Positions 16,642-20,116 of a DNA stretch of 20,116 nt are shown here, piece by piece. The position numbers and the translations under genes were made by a program. The stretch spans positions 1-20,116 of the forward strand of contig JAEOSK010000042.1 of the NCBI GenBank assembly GCA_016840405.1, in the 5' to 3' direction. This DNA comes from Candidatus Hermodarchaeum yapensis. Lineage in GTDB: Archaea > Asgardarchaeota > Hermodarchaeia > Hermodarchaeales > Hermodarchaeaceae. A model generated the notes under the pieces. That model was given only the letters and a program-made list of their open reading frames with translations, was not told where the DNA came from and ran no database searches. How positions within the stretch are numbered: the first letter of the stretch is position 1; each line of letters begins with the position of its first letter.

Positions 16642-16726
16642 AATCTAGAAAATGAGATGCTAACGGGAGTCACTGTTTAACATCTGTATTGTATTTCATT
16701 GGATTTCATCCGTTGTTTTCAGTGTC

Positions 16727-16745
16727 GGGAAAGAAGTTTTAAATT
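16727..16745 (+). promoter_or_regulatory. BRE/TATA promoter of tRNA-Trp
   Basis: GGGAAAGAAG-TTTTAAATT about 32-40 nt upstream of the mature 5' end. Confidence 0.6.
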
Positions 16746-16776
16746 CTACATCGGAGACTTTACGCCAGTCTGTCAC

Positions 16777-16921
16777 GGGGTCATGGCCTAACTAGGTATG
16801 GCAACAGGCTCCAGAAGAAACCACCAGACAGACGGACTGACCGGACATCCGGGATGACGATGTTCTGGAGCGACCTGGTGAAACCTGTAGATTCTGGGTT
16901 CAAATCCCAGTGACCCCACCA
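16777..16921 (+). tRNA. trnW: tRNA-Trp(CCA) with a 68-nt intron at 37/38 (16815-16882) and encoded CCA
   Basis: Acceptor GGGGTCA/TGACCCC; anticodon stem ACAGG/CCTGT with CCA at 16811-16813; T arm CTGGG-TTCAAAT-CCCAG; relaxed BHB (CTCC/GGTG); 3' ACCA. Confidence 0.95.
16815..16882 (+). ncRNA. tRNA-Trp intron carrying partial box C/D guide elements
   Basis: D' CTGA at 16837, C'-like ATGACGA at 16854, guide TCTGGAGC complementary to GCTCCAGA across the anticodon loop. Confidence 0.6.
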
Positions 16922-17015
16922 CCCTCTTTTTCAATTCCGTTGAGTGGTAAAACCAATAGGTAATTAAAACCAACCTCATAACTCAGCGCTATCTCTCTTT
17001 GGAGGTCAATCATTA

Positions 17016-17561
17016 ATGGTTAAAGATATGACAGAAGCCAATCTCCGTAGCGCCTATGCTGGTGAAAGTCAAGCGCATATGCGATATCTCATCTACAAGG
17101 AGATGGCGGAGAAAGAAGGCTTTCCAAACGTTAGCCGATTATTCCATGCTGCAGCTTACGCTGAACAGGTCCACGCGTCGACACATTTCAAACACATTAA
17201 AACTAAAGGTGACTTTCAAACCGTTGGTGGTGCCATTTTTGGCACGGAGAACACCTCAGAAGCCCTTCAAACAGGCATTGATGGTGAAAGCTTTGAAATC
17301 GCTGAAATGTATCCTGCTTATCGCGCTGTAGCCCAAGCTCAAGGTGAGAAAGGCGCAGACACTAGCTTCAGATGGGCTATGGAAGCTGAAAAAAACCATC
17401 TCGATCTGTATCAACGGGCGAAACAAGCTGTTGATCAGGGGAAGGATGCGGATTTTGGTGACATCCAAGTATGTCCTGTATGTGGTCACACTGTAGAAGG
17501 TGACGCACCTGATAAATGCCCTGTTTGCAATACACCGGGTAAGGACTTTAAAACCTTCTAA
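17016..17561 (+). CDS. rbr: Rubrerythrin
   Basis: AYAGESQAHMRY, AEQVHA, GESFE..MYP, AEKNH diiron ligands; C-terminal CPVCGH...CPVC rubredoxin domain; GGAGG RBS. Confidence 0.95.
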   Translation: MVKDMTEANLRSAYAGESQAHMRYLIYKEMAEKEGFPNVSRLFHAAAYAEQVHASTHFKHIKTKGDFQTVGGAIFGTENTSEALQTGIDGESFEIAEMYPAYRAVAQAQGEKGADTSFRWAMEAEKNHLDLYQRAKQAVDQGKDADFGDIQVCPVCGHTVEGDAPDKCPVCNTPGKDFKTF

Positions 17562-17591
17562 ATCAAGAAAAGTCTACAGTACTAATAATAT

Positions 17592-17637
17592 TAGCTAGCC
17601 CTATCAGCAGGGTTAGCTAGCATTTTTCTTTTTTATT
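17592..17637 (+). terminator. Hairpin plus T-tract terminator after rubrerythrin
   Basis: TAGCTAGCCCT-atcagc-AGGGTTAGCTA followed by TTTTTCTTTTTT. Confidence 0.65.
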
Positions 17638-17680
17638 TGATTGTTGCCCTACTAGCTTTTAGGCTCAAGAAACCAACAAT

Positions 17681-18640
17681 GTGCTTCATAGAATAGAAAA
17701 TTCTGTCAAGGTGTGTCGGTTGATATTTTTCGATCCGAATGTCATCATTTTCCTGCAAGCCGTGCTTCCATATGTGGCTTGGGAAATCCTAAACCTCTTC
17801 AGTGACCCGCTCATCTATGTTATCCTATTAAGTGTCGCCTTTTGGTGTGTGAACAAACGGGAAGGGAAAATCGCCATCATGTTGGTGATGTTTTCGCATT
17901 TCATTAACATCCTTCTCAAGTACGTTTTTGGTATGCCTCGTCCACCACCGGGACTACGTCATAATCCCGAATATGCTGCAGACCAGTCCTATGGATTCCC
18001 TAGCGGCGCAGCTCAAACTGCTACATCATTTTGGGGATGGGCTCTTCTTCGTCTACGACGATGGTCAGTTGCGATTATTGGAATTGTATTCATTATTATC
18101 ACGGCACTAGCTCGGATGGGCATTGGCATACACTACTTCGGTGATGTCATCGGTGGTGTAATTATCGGCATCATCCTCTTGGTATGGGCATATTTTCTTG
18201 TCCCCTCACTCGTACCTCGTTGGACGAAATTGCCTCAGAGTATCAAAGACTGGTTTTTCCCCCTCTTGGCACTCATTTTCTTCTTCTGCTACTTCGTTAC
18301 CTACGCTGTTGGCCTCGACTATTTTCCAACGGAAAACGTTGCCATATCCATGGGTGTCGTTTTCGGTTTTAGCCTTGGGCTCATCTTAGAAACACGTTAT
18401 GTTAACTTCAGCACTGAGGTATCAAAAAACACAAGGATATTTCGTGCAATCCTCGGAGTTCTACTTGGCCTTACCATCTATTATGGCCTGAGCATGGCCT
18501 TTTCCCTGCTCCCGGTATATCCACTCCTTAGCTATTCTGCTCGATTTATTCGGTATACGATTGTAGGCTTCGTTGGCGCTTTTGTCATCCCCTACCTTTT
18601 CAACTATCTCGAAATACGAAGAGGAGTAACAAAATCTTAG
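17681..18640 (+). CDS. PAP2-family membrane phosphatase
   Basis: K......PRP, YGFPSGAAQ (PSGH variant), ARMGIGIHYFGDV motifs; multiple TMs. Start may be TTG near 17720. Confidence 0.9.
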   Translation: MLHRIENSVKVCRLIFFDPNVIIFLQAVLPYVAWEILNLFSDPLIYVILLSVAFWCVNKREGKIAIMLVMFSHFINILLKYVFGMPRPPPGLRHNPEYAADQSYGFPSGAAQTATSFWGWALLRLRRWSVAIIGIVFIIITALARMGIGIHYFGDVIGGVIIGIILLVWAYFLVPSLVPRWTKLPQSIKDWFFPLLALIFFFCYFVTYAVGLDYFPTENVAISMGVVFGFSLGLILETRYVNFSTEVSKNTRIFRAILGVLLGLTIYYGLSMAFSLLPVYPLLSYSARFIRYTIVGFVGAFVIPYLFNYLEIRRGVTKS

Positions 18641-18684
18641 TCTTGGTAATCGAATTTCATTCAAATGCGCTTAGTCAGCCAATC

Positions 18685-19218
18685 CTATCGCACTTGGATA
18701 TCAGTGCCTAAAACAATTTCACCAAACATTTCTTGTTTCGCTTGACAAATTGGACACTTATGAGGTGGTTCTTCACGGAACGTGACATAACCACATACTT
18801 TGCAATAGAAGAGCTTGCGATTTGTATCTGATGTTTCACTAACGGCCTCTGACTTCACTGTTTTTTCGGGTGCTTTACCAATAGCTCGATCGACTTTTTC
18901 CTGGGGACGACGTTCCGGAATCGGTTGCATAGGACGTTTTCCTTCAACAACATCCTTGGAAACGTAGAGCGCACAGAAACATTGCCCGAACTCTTCCACG
19001 TCCGGATCCCGATAATCACAAGGACAAATGATGTCTCGGTCCCATTCAAAATTTCCCGAACCGAGTCGACAGGGACACGAAGCAAAACCATACCGGTCTT
19101 CGTTTTCTTTCAATCCCACAATCAGATTCTGGAGGAAATCTGGATCTGGGTTAAGGAAATAGCCATGCTTTTTCGCATTATTCTCTGCACGGCGTTTGAT
19201 ATTCTCTAAGCTGGTCAT
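18685..19218 (-). CDS. Ferredoxin:thioredoxin/disulfide reductase catalytic subunit fused to a C-terminal rubredoxin-like domain (FDR-like)
   Basis: CPC, CPC, CFC motifs; C-terminal CKVCGY...CPIC. Confidence 0.9.
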   Translation of the reverse strand: MTSLENIKRRAENNAKKHGYFLNPDPDFLQNLIVGLKENEDRYGFASCPCRLGSGNFEWDRDIICPCDYRDPDVEEFGQCFCALYVSKDVVEGKRPMQPIPERRPQEKVDRAIGKAPEKTVKSEAVSETSDTNRKLFYCKVCGYVTFREEPPHKCPICQAKQEMFGEIVLGTDIQVR

Positions 19219-19532
19219 AGACCCAACGCCTTCTTTATCTCATCCTTCTTGAACCCAGTAATAATTGTCTTATCGTCAATAATAATGGTCGGAAATGCTA
19301 AACGGGATCCCCGCTTCTTGATATCCTGATGAATGGTTTCCCGTTCATCTGGGGTTATTTTGTCAACATCAATATACTCATACGCGATGTCTGAATCTCG
19401 GAGGTACGCTTTTGTCATCTTACACCAGCCACAGGTGCTCAAAGCATACAAAAGCACTTGGTGCTTATCTATCGCGCCTTTTACTTTTACACGATCCATC
19501 GTTGAGAAATCCTCCGCTCCCCCTTGTGTCAA
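19215..19532 (-). CDS. Glutaredoxin/NrdH-like redoxin
   Basis: LYALSTCGWC, AFPTIII, GF motifs; ATGA overlap with the FTR gene. Start may be the ATG of MDRVKV. Confidence 0.9.
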   Translation of the reverse strand: MTQGGAEDFSTMDRVKVKGAIDKHQVLLYALSTCGWCKMTKAYLRDSDIAYEYIDVDKITPDERETIHQDIKKRGSRLAFPTIIIDDKTIITGFKKDEIKKALGL

Positions 19533-19657
19533 CGCTTTAAAAGGATTATCAACTTGCGGATGTCATCAGAACGTAGGATGTTTAAGGCTAGGAAACTCGA
19601 TAAATTGAAAAAATAGAAAGTGGACACTAGCAGGAAACTTGAAGGAGTGTAAGTTTT

Positions 19658-20116
19658 GTGAAGTTTGAACTCATCAACTCGCCGGGAATCGCCCATAATA
19701 GCTATTTCCTTGCCGATAAAGGTGAAGCCTTCGTTGTCGATCCACGGCGAGATGCGAATATCTACCTTGAACTGGCAAAGAAAGCCTGTGCGGATATCAT
19801 TTACATTTTTGAAACCCATCGCAACGAGGACTATGCTATAGGCTCCTTGGAATTACAAAATCTCATAGGTGCAGAAATCGCTCATAGTCGTCAAACCCCT
19901 TTCAAGTATGGGGAGCACAGGGTGAAAGATGGTGATACGTTCACAATCAGCAGATTTCGAGTTGACTCGCTTTACACACCTGGGCATACAAATGATAGCA
20001 TCTGTTATTCCGTAACTGACACAGCAAGTAGTAATAAGCCCTTTATGGTCTTCACGGGTGATACGTTATTTGTTGGTGATATTGGTCGGACGGATCTTCC
20101 TGGACTTGATATTTGG
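19658..20116 (+). CDS. MBL-fold metallo-hydrolase (persulfide dioxygenase/glyoxalase II-like), 5' part only
   Basis: Manual translation from GTG 19658 (GGAG upstream): HNSYFL...VVDPRRD...IFETHRNEDY...TPGHT...FTGDTLFVGDIGRTDL; open at the window end. Confidence 0.9.
   Translation, partial: MKFELINSPGIAHNSYFLADKGEAFVVDPRRDANIYLELAKKACADIIYIFETHRNEDYAIGSLELQNLIGAEIAHSRQTPFKYGEHRVKDGDTFTISRFRVDSLYTPGHTNDSICYSVTDTASSNKPFMVFTGDTLFVGDIGRTDLPGLDIW

Noticed and set aside
16884-16921. tRNA 3' end as an integration site (att duplication)
   Set aside because: No second copy of the tRNA 3' end and no integrase seen in the window.

Overview
Archaeal chromosomal window: it has a BHB-intron tRNA-Trp, an archaeal-type TrpRS, TATA/BRE-like promoters and GGAGG/GGTGA ribosome-binding sites. 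The overall flavour is Asgard-like, but that is inference only. Recognisable genes: OsmC-like protein, long-chain acyl-CoA ligase, a 1147-aa secreted and membrane-anchored C25 (gingipain-like) protease, nitrilase-family hydrolase, GlcD/D-2-hydroxyacid FAD oxidoreductase, trpS, tRNA-Trp(CCA), rubrerythrin, PAP2 phosphatase, an FTR-rubredoxin fusion with an NrdH/glutaredoxin partner, and an MBL-fold hydrolase cut by the window end. The most striking feature is the C25 protease: its catalytic His and Cys lie 454 residues apart, separated by seven FG-GAP/integrin-alpha-like repeats (a probable inserted beta-propeller), and it has no large propeptide. Other points of interest: a motif-rich non-coding block at about 2.9-3.3 kb with ORB-like elements; two paralogous small membrane proteins that may start at ATT/ATA; a decayed paralogue beside its intact parent; a GNAT split by one in-frame TAG; a T6 frameshift in a membrane/zinc-ribbon gene; and an apparently degenerate C/D-box guide in the tRNA-Trp intron.
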